Positions 11,740 to 24,140 of a stretch of 64,000 nt of DNA are shown piece by piece; positions within the stretch are counted from its first letter, which is position 1; each line of letters opens with the position of its first letter. The notes below the pieces were generated by a model. It was not told the origin of the DNA. It did not search any database and worked only from the letters and a program-made list of their open reading frames with translations. The position numbers and the translations under genes were made by a program. The stretch covers positions 20,832,001-20,896,000 of the forward strand of contig NC_043021.1 of the NCBI RefSeq assembly GCF_006345805.1. The letters are read 5' to 3'. The stretch comes from Octopus sinensis (Eukaryota).

Positions 11740-12180
11740 TGAAGGAGACAAGTTGTCAGTGAAGGAGGCAAGTTGTAAGTGAAGGAGACAAGTTGTCAGT
11801 GAGGGAGGAAAGTTGCCAGTGAGGGAGGCAAGTTGTCAGGGAAGGAGACAAGTTGTTAACGAGGGAGGCATGTTGTTACTATTAGCAACAAGGTGTTAGT
11901 GAAGGAGACAAGTTGTTGGTGAAGGAGGCAAGTTGTCATTGAAAGAGGCAAGTTGTAAGTGAAGGAGGCAAGTTGTAAGTGAAAGAGGCAAGTTGTAGGT
12001 GAAAGAGGCAAGTTGTCATTGAAGGGGGCAAGTTGTCAGTGAAGGAGGCAAGTTGTCAGTGAGGGAGGCAAGTTGTCATTGAAGGGGGCAAGTTGTAAGT
12101 GAAAGAGGCAAGTTGTAGGTGAAGGAGGCAAGTTGTCATTGAAGTGGGCAAGTTGTCAGTGAGGGAGGCATGTTGTAAGC
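11740..12180. repeat. Second 20-bp minisatellite (GAAGGAGGCAAGTTGTCAGT-like)
   Basis: About 20 diverged tandem units directly following the first array. Confidence 0.9.
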
Positions 12181-12627
12181 AAAAGAAGTCATTAGTGGTT
12201 AACAGATGTTAGGGGGCAGCAAAGGATGTCAGAAGTTCTACTTCAGAAAGTAGCAGATGTAATGGAACGATATGTCTTTATTACAGTTCACTTGCTGACC
12301 TGTTTTAGTTGGAGAATATAATAATGTTGCTGGTCAGTATATCATCTCAGCTCTTGTCATATGGTCAAGACATTTGTGGACGAAATCTTAAACAAGGACC
12401 TGGTTTAAGATATGGCAACAGACACAATGCAGCTAAATATACAGAAGAAGGGCTATGTGATGATGCTAAAGAATCATATGTTGATATGTTGAGCGACAGT
12501 TTATGTGAGCAGTGGCTTCCAATAAGACCTGTCTCGGACCTTATTGACATGTCCAACACATACCGACATATGTGGCATAAAGTGATGAAGATGATGTATA
12601 TATATGTGTGTGTGTCTCTCTCTCTAA

Positions 12628-12934
12628 TCTTTATATATAAAATTGAAGTTGTGTGTGTGAGACTCTGTCTCCTCCGATTTAGATTCCTAACTACTCCCAC
12701 ATTTTGTGGTGCAGTTTAACCAAAACTGGGTATCTTATAGTTGTCATTCATATCGAGCCCTTCTGGGTATTAGCGCGCGTCTATGATGAGTCTACGATTT
12801 AAAAAAAAATTTACCATCATTTTTCCGCATTTTTAATGATTTTTGCTCGGGTTATATAAGGGAAGTAACTCTCTAAAAATGCTTATATAGTTTTTTCCCT
12901 TACAAACCCGAGCAACGCCGGACGATACTGCTAG
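12628..12934 (+). mobile_element. Non-autonomous Helitron, family H1
   Basis: 5' TC, 3' hairpin CCCGAGCAACGCCGG followed by CTAG, between A and T, no TSD. Confidence 0.85.
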
Positions 12935-13985
12935 TAATATATATATATATATAGGAAAGGAAAAAAATAATAATAATAAGGCAGAATGCTAAACTGAAAG
13001 CAAATTTTAATATAAATGGGTGTAAGAAAGATTTTTAAAAATATGGAATGCTTCACGAATTTGCCTGTCATCCTGGGCAAGGCTCCAGTCTGATCTGGCA
13101 GTGTTTCTACAGCTGGATGCCCTTCCTAACGCCAACCACTCCACGAGTGTAGTGGGTGTTTTTACGTGCCACCTGCACAGGTGCTGGGGGAGTCCGGCAT
13201 CGGCCACGATCGGTTGGTGCTTTTAACGTGCCACCGGCACGGAAGCCAGTCGAGGCGGCGCTGGCATCGGCCACGTTCGGATGGTGCTTTTTATGTGCCA
13301 CCGGCACTGGAGCCAGTCGAGGCGGAGCTGGCATCGGCCACGTTCGGATGGTGCTTTTTATGAGCCTTTTTATGTGCCTACATGTTATTCTGAAAATAAT
13401 TACTCAAAGCAACAAAATAATGTCTGATTAATTCGGAACACTGTGAATAAATTAGCATTATATTTTATGGATTTCAGCCTAAGTCGTTTGAAACATAAGC
13501 CTGCGACTTATACCAAGCGGCAGAGTTCCATCACCATTGAAACCGAAAATTTTGAAGCCACCAGAAAAGAAAAGGAAGAAATCAAACGAGAGGAGAGAAA
13601 GACATCTTCCACCAACATTGCCATGAAGTCAATGCTATCCATTCTTCTACGTAAGATTTGGGTCATCTTGACATCCGCATCTGATCCAAGCACCCAAAAG
13701 ACCCAACACTCAGACAAATACGGGAATACGTCCTTATAAATGAAACTTCCCCATTACTAAATAGGAAATATACATAGTAGACACCATACCTCCATACCCA
13801 CTTAGTTATCAATGCCATCACTATAAAGGAAGCATTCGGCAAAGAAGAGGCTAAATTCTTGGATACGAGATAAAGCCACCCCCACTGCTGCTGCTGATAT
13901 TTGACAGAGTTACCTGGATGCTATAAAGAGTTAAGATAGGTGAACAGACAGACAGACAGACCAAGAACCAAACAATTGCAATTAC

Positions 13986-14091
13986 CTCAGTATCTTCGAT
14001 TCTTGGATTATTCAGAGAATCGACCAGTTCCTGAGCAGCCCTTCTCACATCCTCAGGTTGGTAACTCTGGTTCTTCTCATGCTCTTGACTC
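13986..14091 (-). CDS. PEX5: PEX5 exon (WSQEHE...NNPRIEDTE), 106 nt, phase 2/0
   Basis: Acceptor cttttgcag, donor GAG|GTAATT; ELVDSLNNPRIEDTE aligns to human DFVAKVDDPKLANSE. Confidence 0.94.
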
Positions 14092-14930
14092 CTGCAAAAG
14101 AAGGAAAAAAATCATCATCATCACTTAATGTTCACATCATACTTGCATGAGTCGGACGAAGTTTTTGCGGTAGATTTTCTATGGCTGGATGCCCTTACTG
14201 TTGCCAACCTTCAACTGTTTTTGAGCAAGGTAATATTTCCCCATGGTCAGACATGCTTTTCATGGGAGACTGGAAATGAAAAACTTTGTTTGTATGATGA
14301 TGATGCTCCTTTACAACCATCATGATATCTTAAGGTTACACACAAACACATGAATACGTAAATACACACACATACAAAGGGCTCCTTTCAGTTTCCATCT
14401 AACAAATTCACTCACAAGGCTTTGGTTGGCTCAGAGCTATAGTAGAAGACACTTGCCCAAAGTTCCACACAGTGGGATTGAACCCAAGACTTCATAGTTG
14501 GGAAAGCGAGGTTTTTAACTACACAGCCATGCCTGTAAATATATTGTATTTTGTATGTGTGTGTTTATGTTTTTAGTTATATGTGATATAAACAGGGATT
14601 ATACATCTACACAAGTTTTCCATTCAAATATTTGGACTTTGTTAGACAAAGCTGAGGTAATTAGCATGAGAGGAGCAATGTTGCACAAATCACACACATT
14701 TAGAAATGGACCAAAGAGCTGCAGCTAATGTCTTACAGAGAAACTCCACATCAACCTTCACCTTAATCCAATCTCAGACAAAATGTTCAGCTTTATTGAT
14801 ACTGGAATCACAAAAGGACCTAAACAACATCAAGGAGTTTTAAATCTTGGTAAAGCATTTAGTCCAATGCTCTATTAATTCTACCCTCCAACCAACTGAA
14901 TAATAACTATGGTAGTTATGAAGCACTTAC

Positions 14931-15102
14931 CAATCTTTATTAGCATGTACAGGATCCAAATACTCGGCAGCCCATCTCACAGCAGAAGAATTTGAGTCTG
15001 TAGCAGATGCTGATGCACCCATGTCTGAATTTTGCGTAGATTCAGAAGCAAGGAAATCTTTCGCCCATTCTGAAGAAACAGCTAAGTCTGCAATGGCAGG
15101 AG
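14931..15102 (-). CDS. PEX5: PEX5 exon (APAIADLAV...WAKDF...WAAEY...NKD), 172 nt, phase 1/2
   Basis: Acceptor cattgcag, donor TG|GTAAGT; two WxxxF/Y motifs; phases fit both neighbours. Confidence 0.95.
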
Positions 15103-15130
15103 CTGCAATGTAATTCAGAACATATAAACA

Positions 15131-15600
15131 TTTATTTATTTATTTATTTTATTTATCTTATTTTATTTAGTTTCAGCTCACAAGCTGTGGCCATGCTGGG
15201 GCACCGCTATTTGGTGTTGCTACATGATTTTACTTCACGAATGCTTTTTAGCAAATGCCATCTGGTGCATGAGAGAGTTCGATGCAGCTGCCCTCATCTG
15301 CACCTCCTGCCGTGAAGTTGGTTCATCTGGGACACCTGACAAGAAGAGATCTAGTATCATTTTAAAGACATCTGCATCCACCCCATGCAGGTCTCTTAGG
15401 TTCTTCGGAAGGATATTGAAGAGCTGTGGGTCTCGGAAGCCCAGGCTATCACAGTATCTTGTCCTACATCTTGATGGCAAATTTGGAGTCCTTGGCACCA
15501 CGCAGTGGCGCCTAGTTCTGGCATTTATGTAACTTTCAATGCCAAAGTTTGGGACAAGTCCTTCTAGGATCTTCCAGATGTATATTATGGCATATCTTTA
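15131..15600 (-). mobile_element. LINE (CR1/L2-group) 3' end
   Basis: SLGFRDPQLFNILPKNLRDLHGVDADVFKMILDLFLSGVPDEP...RAAASNSL, related to the 2681-3485 element; (AAAT)n tail. Confidence 0.8.
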
Positions 15601-15602
15601 CA

Positions 15603-15815
15603 AGTGGGTGTTGAAAGGTCCCTGGCTTTAAGGGTGTCATGAAAGGCCTGGCTGGAGGCCCAGCATTCCAAGTTCTTTTACAGGGTTTAGAAAAATTGAA
15701 GGACTGCTGAAATAAGTGTGTGAATCTGAGAGGGGAATCTGTTGAATAAAATCATAATTAACTGATCCTTCTCTATTTTTTTTTACTAAAAGCCAGGAAC
15801 TTTCCAGCAACCCGT
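15603..15815. mobile_element. Mariner-type MITE (second copy at ~32500-32718)
   Basis: Imperfect TIRs GGGTGTTGAAAGGTCCCTGGCTTTA / TAAAAGCCAGGAACTTTCCAGCAACCC; same body in both copies. Confidence 0.65.
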
Positions 15816-16205
15816 CATGTATATAAATATATATATTACTCTTTTACTTGTTTCAGTCATTTGACTGCGGCCATGCTGGAGCACCGCCTTTAGTCGAGCA
15901 AATCGACCCCGGGACCTATTCTTTGTAAGCCCAGTACTTATTCTATCAGTCTCTTTTGCCGAACTGCTAAGTGACGGGGACGTAAACACACCAGCATCGG
16001 TTGTCAAGCAATGCTAGGGCGACAAACACACACACACATATATACGACAGGCTTCTTTCAGTTTCCGTCTACCAAATCCACTCACAAGGCATTGGTCGGC
16101 CCGGGGCTATAGCAGAAGACACTTGCCCAAGATGCCACGCAGTGGGACTGAACCCGGAACCAGGTGGTTGGTTAGCAAGCTACTTACCACACAGCCACTC
16201 CTGCA

Positions 16206-16238
<33 letters not shown>

Positions 16239-16630
16239 TCATCATCATCATCATCATTTAGCGTCCGTTCTCCATGCTAGCATGGGTTGGACGGTTCAAC
16301 TGGGGTCTGTGAAGCTGGAAGGCTTCATCAGGCCCAGTCAGATCTGGCAGTGTTTCTACGGCTGGATGCCCTTCCTAACGCCAACCACTCCGTGAGTGTA
16401 GTGGGTGCTTTTTACGTGCCACCCGCACAGGTGCCAGACAGAGCGGGCAAACGGCCACGAAACGGATGGTGCTTTTACGTGTCACCGGCACGGGGGCCAG
16501 GCGAGGCTGGCAACGGACACGAACGGATGGTGCTTTTACATGCCACCGACACGGGGGCCAGACAGGGCTGGCAAACGGCCACGAACGGATGGTGCTTTTA
16601 CGTGTCTATATATATATATATAATATATAT

Positions 16631-16664
<34 letters not shown>

Positions 16665-18285
16665 CACATACACACACACATATATACATATATATATTTT
16701 ATATATATAAGAGGTGAGGACAGAAATCCTTGAAAGGGATGTCAATTAGAAACAATTTGTAGAATTTATATTATGAATTTATGAATTAAAGATTGTTTAC
16801 ACCTACAATTTTTTCCTTTCCTTATACTTCATTTGTTTATATATATATATAGCATCATCATCATCATTTAATGTTCATTTTCCATGTTAGCATGGGTTGG
16901 ATGGTTCGACCGGGGTCGGGAAGCCAGGAGGCTGCACCAGGCTACGGTCTGATATCTGGCAGCGTTTCTACAGCTTGATGCCCTTCCTAATGCCAACCAC
17001 TCCATGAGTGTAGTGGGTGCTTTTTACGTGACACCGGTACAGGGGCCTGAGAAAGTTGGCAATGTCCATGATCGGTTGGTGCTTTTTACATGCCACCAGC
17101 ACGGACCCCAGTCAAGGCGTCTCTGGCATTGGCCACGTTCGGATGATGTTTTTTACATGCCACCGGCACGGGTATCACAACTACATGTTCCATTTGATTT
17201 ATTACATATATATATAAATATCTATATATATATATATGTATGTATGTATATATTAACAACAGTGTACAGTAATATCCATGATGGTAGAGTCTGAGAAATG
17301 TAAAGTTCCAATATTTATGTATTTATGTATATATAGTATCACGCAACTAACACCCATACCGGTGGTACATAAAAGCACCCATTACACTCTTGGAGTGGTT
17401 GGCATTAGGAAGGGCATCCAGCTATAAAAATCATGCCAAATCACAGTGGAGTCTGATACAGCTCCTCAACTTGCCAGCCCTGGTCAAACCATCCAACCCA
17501 TACCAGCATGGAGAATGGACGTTAAGTGCTGATGATGATGATGACAATAGATATATATCAACTTCATCATCATTTATCATCCATTTTCCATGCTGGCATG
17601 AGTTAGACAGTTTGACCGGAACTGGTAAGCCAGAAGGCTGCATCAGTTTCCAGTCTGTTTCGGCTTGGTTTATGGCTGGATGCCCTTCTTAACGCCAACC
17701 ACTCCACAGAGTATAACACGCGTGTGTACACACGCGAGCACACACACACACACACAACTATGTAGTAAAGAGGTTCCTTTCCAACTACATGGTTCTGGGG
17801 ACAGGGGACGGCCCCCGTGCCAGTGGCATGTAAAAAGCACCATCCGATCATGGCCATTGCCAGCCTCGCCTGGCCCCCATGCCGGTGGCACGTAAAAAGC
17901 ACCATCCGTCCGTGGCCATTTGCCAGCTCCGTCTGGCACCTGTGTGGGTGGCACGTAAAAAGCACCCACTACACTCACGGAGTGGTTGGCGTTAGGAAGG
18001 GCATCCAGCCGTAGAAACACTGCCAGATCAGACTGGGCCTGATGCAGCCTTCTGGCTTCACAGACCCCAGTTGAACTGTCCAACCCATGCTAGCATGGAA
18101 AGCGGACGCTAAATGATGATGATGATGATGAATGTACGGAGCAACTTGGATCCTCCATAACCCCAGTTTCACTTACATAGCAAACATCTGGATCTGCTTT
18201 ATTCAGGAATTCCAGATCAAAATACCGATTCCTGGAATTTACCATAATAGTGTATAAGTATGATATCTTACACCATCAGCTTACC

Positions 18286-18659
18286 TATTTCTTTATTACC
18301 CATAAAGGGCTAAACACAGAGGGAACAAACAAGGACAGACATAGGCATTAAGTCGATTACATCGACCCCAGTGCGTAACTGGTATAAAGAACCAGAAGAA
18401 ATGCCACTAAACATTTTGTTTGATACACCAACGATTCTTATTTCTTTACTGCCCACAAGGGGCTACACACAGAGGGGACAGACAAACGGATTAAGTCGAT
18501 TACATCGACCCCAGTGCGTAACTGGTACTTAATTTATCGACCCCGAAAGGATGAAAGGCAAAGTCGACCTCGGCGGAATTTGAACTCAGAACGTAGCGGC
18601 AGACGAAATACCGGTAAGCATTTCGTCCGGCGTGCTAACGATTCTGCCAGCTCGCCGCC
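18286..18659 (-). mobile_element. SINE family B (composite copy) at the PEX5 exon donor
   Basis: GGCGGCGAGCTGGCAG head, AAAGAAATA end; 18-19 bp TSD. Other copies: 20585-20820(-), 28626-28838(+), 35610-35822(+), 53581-53809(-), 60872-61101(-), 62146-62371(-). Confidence 0.9.
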
Positions 18660-18676
18660 TTACACCATCAGCTTAC

Positions 18677-18800
18677 CTGTCTGTGGTTCATGGAACAGTT
18701 CAGCTTCCTCAATCTGCCGCATCTCCTGGAGAAGACTTCCCATGTGGAATGTTTCTGGGGCTGCTTGTGTATTCTGTGCATGTAAGAACTCATCAACCCA
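18677..18800 (-). CDS. PEX5: PEX5 exon (WVDEF...EPQT), 124 nt, phase 0/1
   Basis: Acceptor atttttcag, donor CAG|GTAAGC; APETFHMGSLLQEMRQIE matches human APQTFKMDDLLAEMQQIE. Confidence 0.95.
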
Positions 18801-19126
18801 CTGAAAAATGACAGAGTTTCAAAAGGACAATCAATTAGAGAAGCAGCAGCACAGAGATATACATGCATATATATATAAGCTTGATACCTAACTTATGTGT
18901 GTGTGTGTGTGTATGTATATATCCCTAATTTTTGTGGTTATAGAACCTAGCTGTTCTTTCTAACATGTTGAATTCCACGAGTGGGTTCCTTATGTGTTTA
19001 AATGTACACTATATATTATGACTAATTCATAGACTTTTGGAACTAAATTTTTACACGTTAGGCCACTGGAGGTGAAAATTTTAATTAATTTTCCATTTCC
19101 CTTTGATATGTTTATGTATATGTATA

Positions 19127-19469
19127 TATATTAGAAGAAATGAGGTACTCAGAAAGTCGGATTGTTTATATTTACAGATATTTATTTGTATATTACATTT
19201 TTTATATATATTTCATATAACTTAGATCATGTATTAGCGCTTTCTCCCATTCTAGTGGGGTTTTGAAATCAAACTAAGTTCCTGTGTGAGGAGTTTATGG
19301 TCAAAACCCCTCACACAGGGACTTAGTTTGATTTGAAAACCCCACTAGAATGGGAGAAAGCGCTAATACATGATCTAAGTTATATGAAATATAAAAAATG
19401 TAATATACAAATAAATATCTGTAAATATAAACCATCCGATTTTCTGAGTACCTCATTTCTTCTAATATA
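19127..19469. repeat. 343-bp fold-back (near-perfect palindrome)
   Basis: ~165-bp arms from TATATTAGAAGAAATGAGG to CCTCATTTCTTCTAATATA, few mismatches, ~7-nt loop near 19300. Confidence 0.95.
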
Positions 19470-21040
19470 AAATACCTGTACATCATCTCCAAACCTTCCA
19501 ATACATACGTATATATATACATATATAATTACTGGTATTCTGTCGGTTATGATGACAAGGGTTCCAGTTGATCAGATCAACAGAACAACCTGCTCATGAA
19601 ATTAACGTGCATGTGGCTGAGCACTCCACAGACACGTGTACCCTTAACGTAGTTTTCGGGGAGATTCAGCGTGACACAGAGTGTGACAAGGCTGGCCCTT
19701 TGAAATACAGGTACTACACATTTTTGCCAGCATCTTTTGGAGCATGGGAAATATAGCATCTTGCTCAAGGACACAACAAACACATCGCTGAACTCACAAC
19801 CTTTTGATCTTGAACCAAATATCCTAACCACTAAGCCATGCGCCTTCAATATATATATATATGTGTGTGTGTGTGTGTAGGTGCAGGAGTGACTGTGTGG
19901 TAAGTAGCTTGCTAAGCAACCACATGGTCCCGGGTTCAGTCCCACTGCATGGAATCTTGGGCAAGTGTCTTCTGCTATAGCCCCGGGCCGACCAATGCCT
20001 TGTGAGTGGATTTGGTAGACGGAAACTGAAAGAAGCCTGTTGTATATATGTATATATATATATGTGTGTGTGTGTGTCTATGTGTTTGTCTCCCTAGCAT
20101 TGCTTGACAACCGATGCTGGTGTGTTTACGTCCCCGTCACTTAGCAGTTCGGCAAAACAGACCGATAGAATAAGTACTGGACTTACAAAGAATAAGTCCT
20201 GGGGTCGATTTGCTTGATTAAAGGCGGTGCTCCAGCATGGCCGCAGTCAAATGACTGAAACAAGTAAAAAAAAAAAATACACACACACACACATATATTA
20301 TATATGTATACACATACACACAAGAGTCTAAGAGAGCAATAAAACATTATCTTTTCGATAGTTAGGAGGGACAATATAATTCTAAGATTGACACAAGGCC
20401 AGCAAATTTGAAGGAAGGACAAAGTTGATTACATCGACCCCCAGTACTTGACTGGTATTTTATCTTATCAACTGCTTCCTCCCCAAAATGGAAATCAAAG
20501 TCTGCCTTGACAGAATTTGAATGTAGAATATAAAGAACCAGAAGAAATGCCACTAAACATTTTGTTTGATGCACCAACGATTCTTATTTCTTTACTGCCC
20601 CACAAGGGGCTACACACAGCGGGGACAAACAAGAACAGACAAACGGATTAAGTCGATTATACTGACCCCCCAGTACGTAGCTGGTACTTATTTAATCGAC
20701 CCCGAAAGGATGAAAAGCAAAAGTCGACCTCGGCGGAATTTGAACTCAGAATGTAGCGACAGACAAAATACTGCTAAGCATTTCGCCCGGCGTGCTAACG
20801 TTTCTGCCAGCTCGCTGCCTTGATACACTAACTATTCTGCCAGCTCTCCACCCTAATAGAGGGACAAATAATGAAGTCAAATAGAATACTGTTAGTTTGG
20901 CAGCCCCCATTCTATCTACATTAACACCAGAACATAGCTTTCTATTAGCAAAACCACTGAACTGTAAATTAGACATCACCAATGGTGTAATTCATTCTCA
21001 CAAGGACTCACAATCTACAATGTTGAAACGTGATACTTAC

Positions 21041-21076
21041 CTCAACATCTCTGGGTAATGCCAATGGTTTTTCAAC
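21041..21076 (-). CDS. PEX5: PEX5 36-nt exon ([12 protein letters not shown]), phase 0/0
   Basis: Acceptor cattgtag, donor GAG|GTAAGT; aligns to human ASKPLGVASEDE. Confidence 0.88.
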
Positions 21077-21160
21077 CTACAATGATAAAAGAAGATATGT
21101 CATTGGAATATGCTGTACATAACAACAAAATAAAGCTTCCATACTCATTATCATTATTAA

Positions 21161-21205
<45 letters not shown>

Positions 21206-21287
21206 TACACACACATATATATATACACATATATATATATATATACATATATATACACACATATATATATATATATACATATATATA

Positions 21288-21342
<55 letters not shown>

Positions 21343-22137
21343 CACACACACACATACATATATATAATCAAAATAAGCAACAGGATATCCAGAGGTAATG
21401 CAGTATGATTGTTTCATTCAACTCCATTTATTTGAACAATGCAATCATCACATCAATTTAAAATGCAGAGCAATCTTCAGCTGCACAAAGACATAGAACT
21501 TAATTAAATTAGAACAGATGGACACATTAGTATAATAATACCTAAAATCTCCAAGAAGTTAGGGAGATAGACAAAGGACATGTTGTACCTACAACAGTAT
21601 AGCCGTAACTAAAAATTGACAATGAGACACTGCCTGTCACTGATTTTTTTTATGGGGTCAGTTTTAATTTATAGACTTGTATATTTAAGGCTGAGGGAAA
21701 CAGAGGGCAGTATCTGTTTAGGGTAGGGTTGAGGGTGTAGACAGACATTCTAGATGGTATAGTCATAAAAATCAAGATTCATTAGAAGCAATGTCATGAG
21801 GTTTAGTAAGGGAAAACTTAAAACAAAATCTTAGCTGATAATTAAGGGGCGCCCACTAGCAGACTATTGATAATGAAACAGGGAAAGTCTTATCATGTAG
21901 TATTATAGTTAAATACTTTAAAACAATGTTGCTATATTGTATACAGTTAAGGTTTAGGGTTATTCAAAAGATTATTAAGAGGAATATTGTAACAAAAGGG
22001 TAGAAATTTATGAATACTTTTGAGTATATATCAAACATTTACCATAATAGAGGAAGAAAAGAAATTATATAGAAATAGTTTAATATTTCTACATATTGTA
22101 TACTTAAATACTAATTCATCAGATATCTGTGAATCTC

Positions 22138-22483
22138 TCTATATATAAATGGCAAAATGTCTGTCTGTGTATGTGTCCTTTAAACAAATCCACAATTTTT
22201 CAGTTAGAGGGCCCGCACTTTCTATGGTCATTCAAAACTGTCCGAGGGTGGTCATGCACATCTTTACATTTCCCCAGTCACCCAACAAAGCCATTAAAAA
22301 ATCAATTGAAGTGACTTTTTTGTGAATTTTCTATGCCCAAAACTTGATACGCCAATTGAATGCCAGCTAGCTGTATGTGATTGGTCAGAGAATTGGACAG
22401 TACTCGCGTGTATGTGCGCACACATGCAGCTGTATATGCATGCACTAGTACTATGACCCGGCAACGCCGGGTCATAGTGCTAG
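22138..22483 (+). mobile_element. Non-autonomous Helitron, different body
   Basis: 5' TCTATATATAAA; 3' hairpin ACTATGACCCGG-CAACG-CCGGGTCATAGT then CTAG|T. Confidence 0.8.
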
Positions 22484-23359
22484 TATTGGTTAAATGATAT
22501 TTACTGGTATTAATAAAGGAGTATTGAGGTAAAAGAACATGCTAATTATATATTTACATATTAATTTTTATTAATATATAATTAGCGTGCTCTTTGAAAT
22601 TTGCGATATGTGAGCAGTGCAGATATTGTTACTGCTTGCGTCAACAAATCATCCACTGCTAAACAATGCTTGAATAATATATCTGTCTAGTATGGGAAAT
22701 GCCATGGAAAAAAGCATCCAGTATGCTCTTTAAAGTGTTTGGCATTAGGAAGGGCATCTGGCCCAAGAAACCATGCCAGAGCAGATATACGAGTATGATG
22801 CAGCCCTCAGGTTCGTTGGATCCTGTCAAACTGTTTCACATATGTCAGCATGGAACACAGGCATCAAATGATGACATACATGTACATACATGCATGCCCG
22901 CAGACACATGCACACCCCCGCAAACCCACACACATACACATGAATGTGTAGTTGTCAAATGACTAATTGGTTCAGAAATTTGTTTTGCAATCGCAAAGTC
23001 ATGGTTTCAATTCCACAGCATGGCATCTCGTGCAAGTGTAATTTTCAACAGCATCTGGTCATACCATAACTTGGTGAGTGAAATTCAGGAGACAGAAACT
23101 GTTTACAAGCACATTCCCCGGATGAACTTGTACTTGTATAGTAAAAGGTCCAGTCTTCCTATGGACTAATTATTAATAATGTACTAATTAGCTGTATCGT
23201 TCAACGAAGCTGTATAATTTTGTGCCAAAGTTAAAATTATCATTATCTCCGCCAAGGAAGGAAGTTATGTTTCCATTGTTGTCTTAAATTGCTGAATATT
23301 AATTAGGGGTAAGAATAAAACAAAGAAACAGTGTTTTTTTTTTGCTAAGAACAACTTAC

Positions 23360-23398
23360 CTTATGATCAGGGTAGCGGGGCAAGTCATAAAAGCCTTC
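23360..23398 (-). CDS. PEX5: PEX5 39-nt exon (EGFYDLPRYPDHK), phase 0/0
   Basis: T-rich acceptor ctttacag, donor AAG|GTAAGT; continues KQ|EG as in human RQEG. Confidence 0.88.
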
Positions 23399-24140
23399 CT
23401 GTAAAGAAAAAAAAAACATGCATCATTTAAATTTTCTTAGCAAACATTCCAAATTATTACATCGCTCATATTATTACATGTATACATTTCAATAATCAAT
23501 AATTAAATTGATCACATCATTGGATGACAATAGCAAAGTATATATACACATGTATGTATGATTTTGTGTGTGTGTGTGTGTGTGTGTCTGTGTACTCTTT
23601 TACTTGTTTCAGTCATTTGACTGCGGCCATGCTGGAGTACTGCTTTGAAGGTCTCAGTCAAACAGATTGAGCCTAGGATTTGTTTTTTAAAAGCCTAGTA
23701 CTTATTCTGTTGGCCTCTTTTGCCGAACTGCTAAGTTACAGGGACGTAAATACACCAACACCAGTTGTCAAGTGGTGATGGGGAGACAAACACACACACA
23801 AAGGCACACACATACACACATATATGCACACACACACAATAGGCTTCTTTCAGTTTTGATTGACCAAATCCACTGAAAAAGCTTTAGCCAGCCCAAGGTG
23901 CCATGCAGTGGGACTGAACTCAGAACCATGTGGTCAGGATGCAAGCTTCTTATCACACAGGCACACCTGTGCCTGTATACCTTGATACTGTGTTGACTAA
24001 GGTCCCCGTTGACAGGCTGCTGGAATTTATAGAGTGTTAAACACTTTCAGTATGCAAATTAGGGACTTCTTCACAGAGTAACTGCTGCATTTGTTGAGCA
24101 TATGAACAGTTTGGCTGCATGTTTCTCTGGAGACTGTTAG

